A stretch of 64,000 nucleotides of DNA from Deinococcota bacterium. GTDB taxonomy: Bacteria; Deinococcota; Deinococci; Deinococcales; Thermaceae. Below, piece after piece: positions 53,986 through 62,553 of the stretch. Both the position numbers and the translations under genes were made by a program. How positions within the stretch are numbered: the stretch's first letter is position 1; each line of letters opens with the position of its first letter. The stretch is from positions 1-64,000 of the forward strand of contig JBGFRI010000037.1 in the NCBI GenBank assembly GCA_041695225.1, given 5' to 3'. The notes under the pieces are model-generated. The model was not told where the DNA came from, ran no database searches, and saw only the letters and a program-made list of their open reading frames with translations.

Positions 53986-54409
53986 AAGGGGCCAGAGTCT
54001 GGCCGGTCAAAGATTAAGATTTCTTAATGTTGGTTGGTGCAAATGTAACGCCTTAGTAACGATGTAGCGGTTACTCTACGGGCATGAGCAGGGAGTATGT
54101 ACTGCGGCTCGAGTTTGGCAACACCCGGCCCTTCCGGGTCAGGCCCCATCCCATGAGTGCCGTACGCACTTCTGTGCGCAACTGGTTGCTGCCTGCCCTC
54201 AGCGAATTTAGCGGACATGTTGCCACCCGCACCCACGCCGGTCAACGCCCGCGACACCTGGCCTGAAACCCTCAGCTACCTGGCAACTGCCCCGTGCCTC
54301 CCGGTGGCAGTTGATTTTTTGAAGAAGGGCAGTTCTATGCGTCACCAAATGGTCTTGGTCGTACCCGTTTACAGTGGCCAGTCTGAAATGGGGCAGAATT
54401 GTTGGCGTG

Positions 54410-55303
54410 ATGGAAGCAGAAATAGTTGTGATCGGGGCGGGAATTGCCGGGCTGTGTGCGGCCAGGGTGCTTAGGGATGCCGGCAAAGAGGTTCTGGTGG
54501 TAGCCCGCGAGCTGGGCGAGGCCAGTCGGGTGGCCGATGCGTTGCTGAACCCGGTGCGGGGCAAGCGTGGGACCGTGGCCCCAGAGGCTCCAGAGGCCCT
54601 GGCGGCCCTCTGGGATTTCTACCCGCGTTTTGTTCCTGTTCGCCAGGGCATTTTGCGCCCGGTTCCCCTGGTCCACAGGGAGGAGTGGAAGGCCAGGTTA
54701 GCGGGCCAAAAGATTCCCCACCAGTGGCTGGATGAAGGGCTCTACCTGGAAAGTGCGGGCTGGCTCGAGACCACCCCCCTGCTACACCGCCTGGCCCAGG
54801 GCCTAAAGATAGTCTATGCCGAAGTAAAGCGGCTTCAGGGCAGTAAAATTTACCTGCAGGACCCTGCTTGCCCACCCCTAAATGCCAAACGTATTGTCTA
54901 CGCCGGAGGGGCTAGCGGAGCGCACCTGCTGGAGCTGGGCGGGCGCTTTACCCCGGGTTCGGTGCTGGCAACCAGGGAGTTCTTTAAGCAGGCCCGTTCG
55001 TATGGGGTGTATCTAGCAGGGCGCAGCCTGGGGAGCAGTTATCTGCCGCACCAGGAGTTCTACTTACCTCACCAGACCCAGCCCCACGAAACTACCTGGC
55101 TGCTGGCCGAGGCCGAAAAACTGCTGGGTGAGCGGCCCCAGGTTCACTCTTCCTGGGCCGGGGTGCGCTACCGGCTAGACAAAAATTACCTCCGCGAAAT
55201 TCCCGGAGGCTATGCGCTTACGGGATTTGGCTCGGCGGCCTACTTCTACGCTCCGCTCTACGCCCAGCGCTTGTTAAGGCGTCTGTCAAAAGATTCCTGG
55301 TAG
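54410..55303 (+). CDS. FAD-dependent oxidoreductase (DAO family)
   Basis: VIGAGIAG Rossmann motif; WAGVR; GFGS. Confidence 0.8.
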   Translation: MEAEIVVIGAGIAGLCAARVLRDAGKEVLVVARELGEASRVADALLNPVRGKRGTVAPEAPEALAALWDFYPRFVPVRQGILRPVPLVHREEWKARLAGQKIPHQWLDEGLYLESAGWLETTPLLHRLAQGLKIVYAEVKRLQGSKIYLQDPACPPLNAKRIVYAGGASGAHLLELGGRFTPGSVLATREFFKQARSYGVYLAGRSLGSSYLPHQEFYLPHQTQPHETTWLLAEAEKLLGERPQVHSSWAGVRYRLDKNYLREIPGGYALTGFGSAAYFYAPLYAQRLLRRLSKDSW

Positions 55304-55313
55304 ACTGTGGCCG

Positions 55314-56108
55314 ATGCGCCAGTACCACGAGTTACTCCAGTACGTGCTTCAGCGCGGCTTAGAAAAACCCGACCGCACCGGAACCGGAACCCGCTCGGTC
55401 TTTGGCTACCAGATGCGCTTTGACCTGGGGCAGGGCTTTCCTCTGGTCACCACCAAAAAACTTCACTGGAAGAGCATTGTCTACGAGCTGCTGTGGTTTT
55501 TACAGGGCGATACCAATGTGCGTTATCTCAACGATAAAGGCGTCTCGATCTGGGATGAGTGGGCCGACCCCCAGGGTGATCTGGGGCCGGTATATGGCAA
55601 GCAGTGGCGTAGCTGGGAAGGGGCTGGTGGCCAGAGCATAGACCAGATGGCCTGGGTTTTGCAGGAGATCCGGCGCAACCCCCAGTCGCGCCGCCTGATG
55701 GTGAGCGCCTGGAACGTGGCCGACCTGCCCCGAATGGCCCTGGCGCCCTGCCACGTGCTTTTTCAGTTTTATGTAGCCCAGGGCAGGCTCTCCTGCCAGC
55801 TATACCAGCGCAGCGCCGATGTTTTTCTGGGTGTTCCCTTCAACATTGCCTCGTACTCCTTGCTGACCTTGATGGTGGCCCAGGTATCGGGCCTAAAGCC
55901 TGGGGAGTTTGTCCATACCTTTGGCGATGCCCACCTCTACAACAATCACCTTGAACAAGCCCGGCTACAGTTAGCGCGTGAGCCTCGCCCCCTGCCCACG
56001 GTAGAGCTCAACCCGGTCGTGACTGATCTGTTTGCATTTAATTACGAAGATATTGTGCTTAAGGGCTATAACCCCCATCCCCCTATTCCTGCCCCGGTTG
56101 CGGTCTGA
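55314..56108 (+). CDS. thyA: Thymidylate synthase
   Basis: DRTGTGT, LAPCH and [14 protein letters not shown]. Confidence 0.96.
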   Translation: MRQYHELLQYVLQRGLEKPDRTGTGTRSVFGYQMRFDLGQGFPLVTTKKLHWKSIVYELLWFLQGDTNVRYLNDKGVSIWDEWADPQGDLGPVYGKQWRSWEGAGGQSIDQMAWVLQEIRRNPQSRRLMVSAWNVADLPRMALAPCHVLFQFYVAQGRLSCQLYQRSADVFLGVPFNIASYSLLTLMVAQVSGLKPGEFVHTFGDAHLYNNHLEQARLQLAREPRPLPTVELNPVVTDLFAFNYEDIVLKGYNPHPPIPAPVAV

Positions 56109-56590
56109 TGAACAAGATTGTGCTGGTGGCCGCAATGGACAAAAACCGTGCCATTGGCCGGGGGGGTGCGCTGCCCTGGCACCTGCCCGACGACCTCAAG
56201 CGCTTTAAGCGCCTGACCCTGGGCAAGACCGTGCTGATGGGCCGCAAGACTTTCCAGAGCATTGGTCGCCCGCTGCCCGGGCGCCGTAACCTGATCCTGA
56301 CCAGAGATGTCAGCTTCAGGCCAGAGGGTGTTGAGCTGGTTCACTCAGTTGAAGACGCGCTAAAACTGGACAGCGAAATCATGGTAATTGGAGGCGGGGA
56401 AGTCTACGCCCTGACCCTGCCAATAGCCACCCAGATGCACCTGACCCTGGTGGATGCCGTTATTTGGGATGCCGATGCTTTTTTCCCGGACTGGTCTAGC
56501 CTGGAATGGCGTGAGACCTTGCGGGAGTTCCATCCCGCCGACCCGCGACATGCCTTTGCCTTCAGTTATGTAGATTTAGAGCGAGTCTGA
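56108..56590 (+). CDS. folA: Dihydrofolate reductase
   Basis: LPWHLPDD, MGRKTF, PLPGRRN and IGGG. Confidence 0.95.
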   Translation: MNKIVLVAAMDKNRAIGRGGALPWHLPDDLKRFKRLTLGKTVLMGRKTFQSIGRPLPGRRNLILTRDVSFRPEGVELVHSVEDALKLDSEIMVIGGGEVYALTLPIATQMHLTLVDAVIWDADAFFPDWSSLEWRETLREFHPADPRHAFAFSYVDLERV

Positions 56591-56891
56591 CCACTGGAAA
56601 GAACAGGCTCTAGCTGCTTCTTTAGGCAGGGTTTGAGCTAGTAACGCCACGCTGGACTTGTAGCGGTAGGTGGAGCGCTGAAGTCGAGAAGGTCTGCCTA
56701 TCACTCTTGGAGCCAAACCCCTGCGACCAACCCAACTTATCATCTTTCCCTGACAAACAAGTGCTATACTTACCTCAAGTTGAGATTACGAGCGGCGCTC
56801 CCCAAGGTTCGAAACGGTGAGGGGCGCGTTTGTGTCGTTTTCGCTCAACCCCTCGCCCTGTGGCGGGGTTTGCGGATCAGGTGATTGATTA

Positions 56892-58568
56892 GTGGAGAAA
56901 ATCTTCGGACGCACCAACGGTCTCAAGCCCAGCGAAAAGAAGCGTCTTGCCAACCTGTACAACCGCCGTGTGCCGTTCAACCGGCTGCTTTCGGCCGAGT
57001 TGGCTCGTACCCTGGCGGCCCTATCGGGGGAACTCCAGAAGCCCATCAGCCTGCTTTTGGACAGGGGAGGTCGGGTGATTCGCGTTGCAATTGGGGATGC
57101 CAGGGAGTTGCCTGTACCCGAGTCGGCCCTGGTGGAAACCCGGCTTTCCGGGTACCGGGTCTTGCACACCCATCTGGGCAACGGGGGGCTTTCGCGGCCC
57201 GACCTCTCGATGCTGTTCCTGCACCGACTGGACGCAATGACTGCCCTGGAGGTAGAGAACGGCCAGCCTACCAAACTGCACCTGGCCCAGCTATCTCCAC
57301 CCAAGGCCGAACAAGAGGACTGGCAGATTTTCCCTTCCAGGCCCTACCACGAGTATCTCGACTGGGATGTAGCAGCGGCAGTACAGGCGCTGGAAGAAGA
57401 GCTGTCGCGCCAGGCCAGGGGCCTTGACCTGAAGGATGGGTCCGGCGAGCGGGCGGTGCTGGTCGGCGTGGATCGGGGCGAGGGAGTGCAGGCCGAAGTA
57501 GATCTGGCTGAGCTGGTTGAGCTGGCCTGCACTGCCGGGGCGGTGGTGGCACACAAAGAACTGGTTTTCCGGCCCGGCCTCGACCCGCGTTACGCCATTG
57601 GGCGTGGCAAGGTAGATGATCTGGTCTCCCAGGCTTATCACCAGAATGCGGGAACCCTCATCTTTGGCATCGAGCTGAGCGCGGCTCAGGCCAGAGAGCT
57701 GGAGACCATTACCGGCCTGAAGATTCTGGACCGCACCCAGCTTATTCTCGACATTTTCGCCCAGCACGCCCGTACCCCCGAGGCCAGAGTGCAGGTTGAG
57801 CTGGCCCAGCTCAAATACCTCTTGCCGCGACTGGTGGGCAAGGGTAAGGATTTATCTCGTCTGGGCGGGGGTATTGGAACGCGCGGGCCGGGTGAGACCA
57901 AGCTCGAGGTAGGCCGCCGCCGCCTGCAAGACCGTATTGCTGAGCTTACCCGCAAGTTGCGAGAAATTGCTGGTCGTCGCAAGGAAACCCGGCGCAGGCG
58001 TGACAAGTCTGGGCTGCCGGTGGTTAGCGTGGTGGGCTACACCAACGCCGGCAAGACCACCCTAATGCATGCCCTGGCCAGGAAAGGTGACGAAGGAGAG
58101 AACAAGCTCTTTGCTACTCTGCGCCCACTTACCCGCCGGGGTTTCGTGCCTGGAATTGGCGAGGTGCTCTACACCGATACCGTGGGCTTCATCCGCCATA
58201 TGCCGGCCGACCTGGTGGAAGCCTTTCGCTCGACGCTGGAAGAGCTGCGCGATGCTGACATACTGCTGCACGTTCTGGATGCCTCGCAAGAAGGGGCCCT
58301 GGAGCGCTATCAGGTGGTCGAAAACCTGCTGGCCCACCTGGGGGTAGAGTCCCGGCGTATCCTGGTGCTCGCCAAAGCCGACGCTACAGGTGGCTACGAC
58401 CTCGAGTATCTCAAGGAACGCCTGGGTGGCCTGCCGGTCTCTGCCGTCAAGGGTCGGGGCCTAAACGAGCTCAAACAGGCCGTGGCCGACGAACTGATTG
58501 CCCAGGGGGTGCGCCCAGCAGCCTGGGCCTACCTCCCGGCGGAACCAATAGCTGCCGTTCCAGCCTAG
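56892..58568 (+). CDS. hflX: GTPase HflX (long form)
   Basis: ILDIFAQHA, GTRGPGETKLE, GYTNAGKT and DTVGFI. Confidence 0.94.
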   Translation: MEKIFGRTNGLKPSEKKRLANLYNRRVPFNRLLSAELARTLAALSGELQKPISLLLDRGGRVIRVAIGDARELPVPESALVETRLSGYRVLHTHLGNGGLSRPDLSMLFLHRLDAMTALEVENGQPTKLHLAQLSPPKAEQEDWQIFPSRPYHEYLDWDVAAAVQALEEELSRQARGLDLKDGSGERAVLVGVDRGEGVQAEVDLAELVELACTAGAVVAHKELVFRPGLDPRYAIGRGKVDDLVSQAYHQNAGTLIFGIELSAAQARELETITGLKILDRTQLILDIFAQHARTPEARVQVELAQLKYLLPRLVGKGKDLSRLGGGIGTRGPGETKLEVGRRRLQDRIAELTRKLREIAGRRKETRRRRDKSGLPVVSVVGYTNAGKTTLMHALARKGDEGENKLFATLRPLTRRGFVPGIGEVLYTDTVGFIRHMPADLVEAFRSTLEELRDADILLHVLDASQEGALERYQVVENLLAHLGVESRRILVLAKADATGGYDLEYLKERLGGLPVSAVKGRGLNELKQAVADELIAQGVRPAAWAYLPAEPIAAVPA

Positions 58569-58636
58569 GGTATAGCCGACCCCGGCCAGAAACTCACGCC
58601 GCGCTGCTGGTGGACATGGTTGGGTCTGCGGTAGGC

Positions 58637-58714
58637 GGCCAACGTGTGAGTTCAACCGCATGCGACAGACTGCGAAGCCCGCCTTAGGCCGTCGGGTGCA
58701 ACGAAGGGTTAGCC
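58637..58714 (-). mobile_element. attC site (LysE cassette)
   Basis: Minus strand GGCTAAC...GTTGGCC, 78 bp, immediately after the LysE stop. Confidence 0.85.
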
Positions 58715-58715
58715 G

Positions 58716-59330
58716 TCACTGCTCGCTCGTGGCCAGGCGTGTGCCCAGAGCGGCGAATGACGCCGCAAACCCGTAGCGCAGTGCGTTCTGAACGCGGACA
58801 GACTCAATGACAAAGCGCCGAAAACCGTCCGCCAAGAAGCCATAGACGACAAAGACGACAAAGGTCATTGCCATGAAGACAGCGCTGAGAAGGAGCAGGT
58901 GGGCGAGTGGTTGGATGGAGGCTGGATCGACGAACTGAGGCAGGAAGGCCAGAAAGAAGATGGTCAGCTTGGGATTCAGGATGTTCAGCAAGAAAGCCTT
59001 GATCAACAGGGCGGTGGCTGATGCTTTGGACATACTGCCGTCGACGGAAAAGGCCGAGCGATCACGCCAGGTGACGATGGCCAGATAGAAGAGATAAGCC
59101 ACCCCGGCGTACTTGAGGACCTGAAAGGCCAAGGCACTGGTGTGCATGACGGCCGCGAGGCCCAACACCGTCGCCAAGAGATGCGGAAGGATGCCCAAGG
59201 TACAGCCGACGGCTGCAAAGACGCTCGCGCGGCGACCGCGAGTGAGACCGGTGGAGACGGTATAGACGACACCGGCTCCCGGGATCAGAACTACAACCAG
59301 CGAGGTGATGAGAAACTCGAGTGTGATCAT
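58716..59330 (-). CDS. LysE/RhtB translocator (gene cassette)
   Basis: LIPGAG, KYAGVAYL and NILNPKLTIFFLAFLPQF. Confidence 0.92.
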   Translation of the reverse strand: MITLEFLITSLVVVLIPGAGVVYTVSTGLTRGRRASVFAAVGCTLGILPHLLATVLGLAAVMHTSALAFQVLKYAGVAYLFYLAIVTWRDRSAFSVDGSMSKASATALLIKAFLLNILNPKLTIFFLAFLPQFVDPASIQPLAHLLLLSAVFMAMTFVVFVVYGFLADGFRRFVIESVRVQNALRYGFAASFAALGTRLATSEQ

Positions 59331-59357
59331 GCTGAGTGGCTACGCGTGGATGGTGAC

Positions 59358-59421
59358 GGCTAACGTGCGAGCTAACCGGCGCGCGGCTTTTTGCGCGTCC
59401 GCGTTGAGCGATTTGTTAGCC
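59358..59421 (-). mobile_element. attC site (277-aa cassette)
   Basis: Minus strand GGCTAACaaatcgctcaacgcggacgcgcaaaaagccgcgcgccggttagctcgcacGTTAGCC, 64 bp, canonical. Confidence 0.9.
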
Positions 59422-60205
59422 CGCCGCCGTCGTCATATGAACGCTTGGCACGAGCCTGAGCTACCTTCTGAACGATGAGTGCACCGACGCTGACGGTGCC
59501 AATAAGCACAAGGGTCATGACACCAGCGGTGCCTGTTGTTAGCAAAGCCGCGACGTAGTTGCCTTGCGTCAACTGAGTTACTGCCTGCGCGCCTCCGAGT
59601 GCAAGTGGGGCGATGCAGAACTTGCGCGAAGTCTCAAGAAGCTTCAATAGGCTATCGGATTTTACCGATGGGCTTTGACCCATTGGAATGTCGTAGCTGA
59701 ATACCTCTCGAATAAAGCTATCAGTCTGGTGGCTTCGCATTGAGCGTGAAAAGATACATTGCATTGCCGTAACCAGAACTTCTTGACTGACTTCAACTTT
59801 GTCTCTGAACTCGGGCTCAGCGAAAAACGGCCACGGTTGAAACACATTAGCCACGAGGCTTGGAGTGCCAACGGTTGCCAAGAAATCTATGAAGAGTTCC
59901 TTGGCATCGCTTTCTTTCTGAAAAGAAACGAAGAGTCGATTAAAGTACCGCCGGATACTCGGGTGCCAATATGGAGAGAAGTAGTCCGGCGGAAAGCCAC
60001 GTAATAGCTCGATTACTTGCCGATAGTTGTTGTCATCGAGGATGCTCGATACCGGGATACCAAGAACCTCGGCCAAAATTATCTCTGGCTTGTCGCTGTC
60101 AATCCCAAGCTCGGAAACCGGGACGGTAGCAATATGAACGATATTGGCTGCCTCGCGCCCTACAAAGGAACGCTGAGTGACAGTGCCACCGACAATTTCT
60201 CCCAT
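59372..60205 (-). CDS. Hypothetical protein with C-terminal hydrophobic segment (gene cassette)
   Basis: RBS GGAGGAG; lower GC; reads into the attC. Confidence 0.75.
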   Translation of the reverse strand: MGEIVGGTVTQRSFVGREAANIVHIATVPVSELGIDSDKPEIILAEVLGIPVSSILDDNNYRQVIELLRGFPPDYFSPYWHPSIRRYFNRLFVSFQKESDAKELFIDFLATVGTPSLVANVFQPWPFFAEPEFRDKVEVSQEVLVTAMQCIFSRSMRSHQTDSFIREVFSYDIPMGQSPSVKSDSLLKLLETSRKFCIAPLALGGAQAVTQLTQGNYVAALLTTGTAGVMTLVLIGTVSVGALIVQKVAQARAKRSYDDGGGLTNRSTRTRKKPRAG

Positions 60206-60233
60206 GTTGCTCCTCCCGAATGATTTGATTGAT

Positions 60234-60295
60234 GGCTAACTAGTAGTTATACCGCACCTGCGGTATAACACACAAAATAGGGATGTTATGCCGCA
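60234..60295 (-). mobile_element. attI-like site, copy A
   Basis: Minus strand GTATAAC-TACTA-GTTAGCC simple site; three related 11-bp boxes at 60246, 60259 and 60285. Confidence 0.75.
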
Positions 60296-60328
60296 ATTTT
60301 TGAGATTCAGAGTCAGACGATACTGTAG

Positions 60329-60509
60329 TCATCTAAAAGATCCCCCTTCCTGAACTCAGTGCATGATTCCATTGAGGTTCGACACCTGGCTGGTAGCACC
60401 GAGAGGCCGTATCTGTACTACGCGGCCTATTTTACCAGGTTCCACCGGCTCACCGCCACGCAAGGGTCGGCGTTGCCGACTACCAGCCGCCAACGGGACG
60501 GCTCGAGCC
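60329..60509 (+). pseudogene. intI: Truncated integron integrase 5' fragment (copy A)
   Basis: SSKRSPFLNSVHDSIEVRHLAGSTERPYLYYAAYFTRFH, then frameshifted RHARVGVAD; divergent from the cassettes. Confidence 0.75.
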
Positions 60510-60697
60510 AGCCCCGCCCGGGATCGCCTCGGGGCTAGCCTACGCTTTCCCAATCCATCCTGGTTGCCTGGGTCAAGGTTTATCAGATGAAGGCGGCCGC
60601 CGGTTAGTCGAACTGCTCCATAGTCCCTTGCGCCGATAGTTCGCAAGCCGTCATCGTTCATAAGGGATGCCGTGACTACCATTTTCGTGTCCATGTG

Positions 60698-60755
60698 GCA
60701 TACCATTTCAACTCAGCCGCCGGCGTGGCCGGTCCGCTGGAGTTATTTGTTAGCG
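60698..60755 (-). mobile_element. attC site (ParE-type TA cassette), degenerate right end
   Basis: Minus strand CGCTAAC (contains the toxin stop)...GGTATGC, 58 bp. Confidence 0.7.
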
Positions 60756-61052
60756 GTCCTGGACACGTGATTGCCAGTAGCCTGGCCGACGCGAGTGATG
60801 CGCGAGCGCAAAGATGGTAATCCCATCGGCATCGGGCCGATATACAACAGCAAAAGGAAAGTCCTTAAGAAAAATTCGCCGAGTATTTTTGGTCGCGGGC
60901 GAACCAGCAAGCGGAAAGGCTAAGGCACGAGCCGTTGCCTCCTCGACGGCCGCAACGAAACGTGCGCCGAGCCCAGACTCCTCCTGGTTGTAATAGTCGA
61001 CCTCGGCCAGAAATTCACGCCGCGCTGCTGCGACGAATCTGGCACGCTTCAC
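60750..61052 (-). CDS. RelE/ParE-family toxin (gene cassette)
   Basis: AARREF...LGARF...FPFAVVYR...AHHSRRPGYW. Confidence 0.9.
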   Translation of the reverse strand: MKRARFVAAARREFLAEVDYYNQEESGLGARFVAAVEEATARALAFPLAGSPATKNTRRIFLKDFPFAVVYRPDADGITIFALAHHSRRPGYWQSRVQDR

Positions 61053-61276
61053 CGAGTCAGGCCCCGCGCCTGGGCAAAAACGTCCTCTGCGGCGTAGGCT
61101 TGCGTCTCACCACGGTCAAACTCAGCAACTCGCTCTTCGATCTCCTGAGCCCACGCCGTCTCTATCTCAGAAAGAGGCGTCTGTAGTGACTCAAGTAGTG
61201 CCTCTGCGAGCCTGGCGCGGTCCTCTGCTGCCAAAGCCCGGGCTTGTCGTTCGATCTTTTCAAAGGAAGCAGCCAT
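61049..61276 (-). CDS. Putative addiction-module antitoxin (gene cassette)
   Basis: ALAAEDRARLAEALLESL...AWAQEIEER; overlaps the toxin start. Confidence 0.88.
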   Translation of the reverse strand: MAASFEKIERQARALAAEDRARLAEALLESLQTPLSEIETAWAQEIEERVAEFDRGETQAYAAEDVFAQARGLTR

Positions 61277-61326
61277 ACCAAACCTCGCAGTCTAAATTTA
61301 CACCATGAACAACATCATGTGTTGGT

Positions 61327-61385
61327 CGCCAACACCAGGCATGAGCCGCACGGTTTATCACCTCGGCTCCATGCCCTGGCTAGGT
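61327..61385 (-). mobile_element. attC site (PIN TA cassette), degenerate left end
   Basis: Minus strand ACCTAGCcagggcatggagccg...cggctcatgcctggtGTTGGCG, 59 bp. Confidence 0.75.
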
Positions 61386-61783
61386 GTGATGGTGTACTGC
61401 GCCTTCTGGTACGGCACAATAACGTCCTGAAGCAAGGGAAAGTGTTTCCGGTTGAGCGTTACGAGCGGAGCCTGCCGCTGGGTCGCTGTCGCAGCGATGA
61501 GGTCGTCCGCCAGCCTCACACTGTGACTTTTCCTGTAGTCTCGGCGATAGAGACCACCTTGGACTGCCAGGCGCAAGTCGAGTGGGATGATTTCAAAGGC
61601 CAGGAGGAACTGCTCCAGACGTGCTCGTTCCTCGCCTTCTCGGATGCCCGCGTACAACTCTGCCACCGTGACCACAGAGATGAGGAGCCGCTCTTGTCGT
61701 GCCTCGACATAGCTGACGGCTGCGGGATAGTCGAGCAGATAATCAATCAGGACATCAGTGTCGATCAGCAATTGGGTCGCCAT
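61358..61783 (-). CDS. PIN-domain (VapC) toxin (gene cassette)
   Basis: LLIDTDVLIDYL, TVAELYAG, LIAATA and TLNRKHF. Confidence 0.9.
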   Translation of the reverse strand: MATQLLIDTDVLIDYLLDYPAAVSYVEARQERLLISVVTVAELYAGIREGEERARLEQFLLAFEIIPLDLRLAVQGGLYRRDYRKSHSVRLADDLIAATATQRQAPLVTLNRKHFPLLQDVIVPYQKAQYTITPSQGMEPR

Positions 61784-62027
61784 CGTCGGGTTCCGTCTGC
61801 CGGTCACATTCGTGTCGCAAATCGGTAAGTGAGGGAAGATCGGTCCGGTCTTTCCACATACCATGTGCTTGCCGCAGCAGACGCAGGCGATCCTCAGACA
61901 AGAACGCCGCGATCAATTGCTTAATGGCGTAATGGACTAATTCGTCTGGTGTTTTCCCCGCACTTTGCGCCATGGTCTCTAGCGCCGCTTGTTCTTGTTC
62001 TGTCAGGTGCAGTCCTGCTATAGCCAT
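61755..62027 (-). CDS. Ribbon-helix-helix-type antitoxin (gene cassette)
   Basis: LTEQEQAALETMAQSAGKTPDELV...GMWKDRTDLP; upstream of the PIN gene. Confidence 0.8.
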   Translation of the reverse strand: MAIAGLHLTEQEQAALETMAQSAGKTPDELVHYAIKQLIAAFLSEDRLRLLRQAHGMWKDRTDLPSLTDLRHECDRQTEPDDGDPIADRH

Positions 62028-62118
62028 CGGGCATTCCCTTCCTTTCGTGTATACCACTTTAAGACCATGGGAAGCAACAATCAAGCGCTTTCGTGTTCGG
62101 GCTGCCAAGGCCGAAGGC

Positions 62119-62222
62119 ACCAAACGCCGGGAATCACCTGCCGCGCACTCAACAGTACAAGCACCAAAGTCTCGCGGATGAAAGCCAAGCTATTCGCGGT
62201 CGGGTGTATGCCGTTGTTAGAT
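62119..62222 (-). mobile_element. attC site (74-aa cassette)
   Basis: Minus strand ATCTAACaacggcatacacccgaccgcg...cgcggcaggtgattcccggcGTTTGGT, 104 bp. Confidence 0.8.
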
Positions 62223-62259
62223 TTGCGTGCCATTACTCAAGATTCGATCGCGGGTGTTC

Positions 62260-62484
62260 TCATTTGCGTGACAGATTATCTATGCCTGAACTAACGTTAC
62301 TTACGCCCATCTCGACGAGACTTACTTCGTCGTGTAAATCTTTTAAGGTGTAGCCTCCCCCAAGACTTTCAATCGCGGTTTCCACACCCTCCAATCTTTC
62401 AATAACATCGCTCAATTTATCTGAGATTTCGCTGAGCTTTAACCCAAGAGACTCAACAGCAAAAAGCAGCTCTTCCATGCTCAT
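62260..62484 (-). CDS. Small coiled-coil hypothetical protein (gene cassette)
   Basis: RBS GGGAGG; heptad-like acidic sequence; followed by attC. Confidence 0.65.
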   Translation of the reverse strand: MSMEELLFAVESLGLKLSEISDKLSDVIERLEGVETAIESLGGGYTLKDLHDEVSLVEMGVSNVSSGIDNLSRK

Positions 62485-62553
62485 TCCTCCCGCTTCCTAT
62501 TCTTCGCCAGATTCAATACTATGACTGGGCTACTACACATAACCGGAGGTCTC

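Noticed and set aside
54084..54266. 60-aa small ORF
   Set aside because: Plausible but unsupported by any recognisable motif; left uncalled
60322..60340. LexA box (CTGT-N8-ACAG) before the intI stub
   Set aside because: Only the CTGT half is present in all three copies
60363..60590. ORFs starting MIPLRFDTW (also 62676-63071)
   Set aside because: Off-frame readings of the integrase stub; the IntI-like peptide is in another frame
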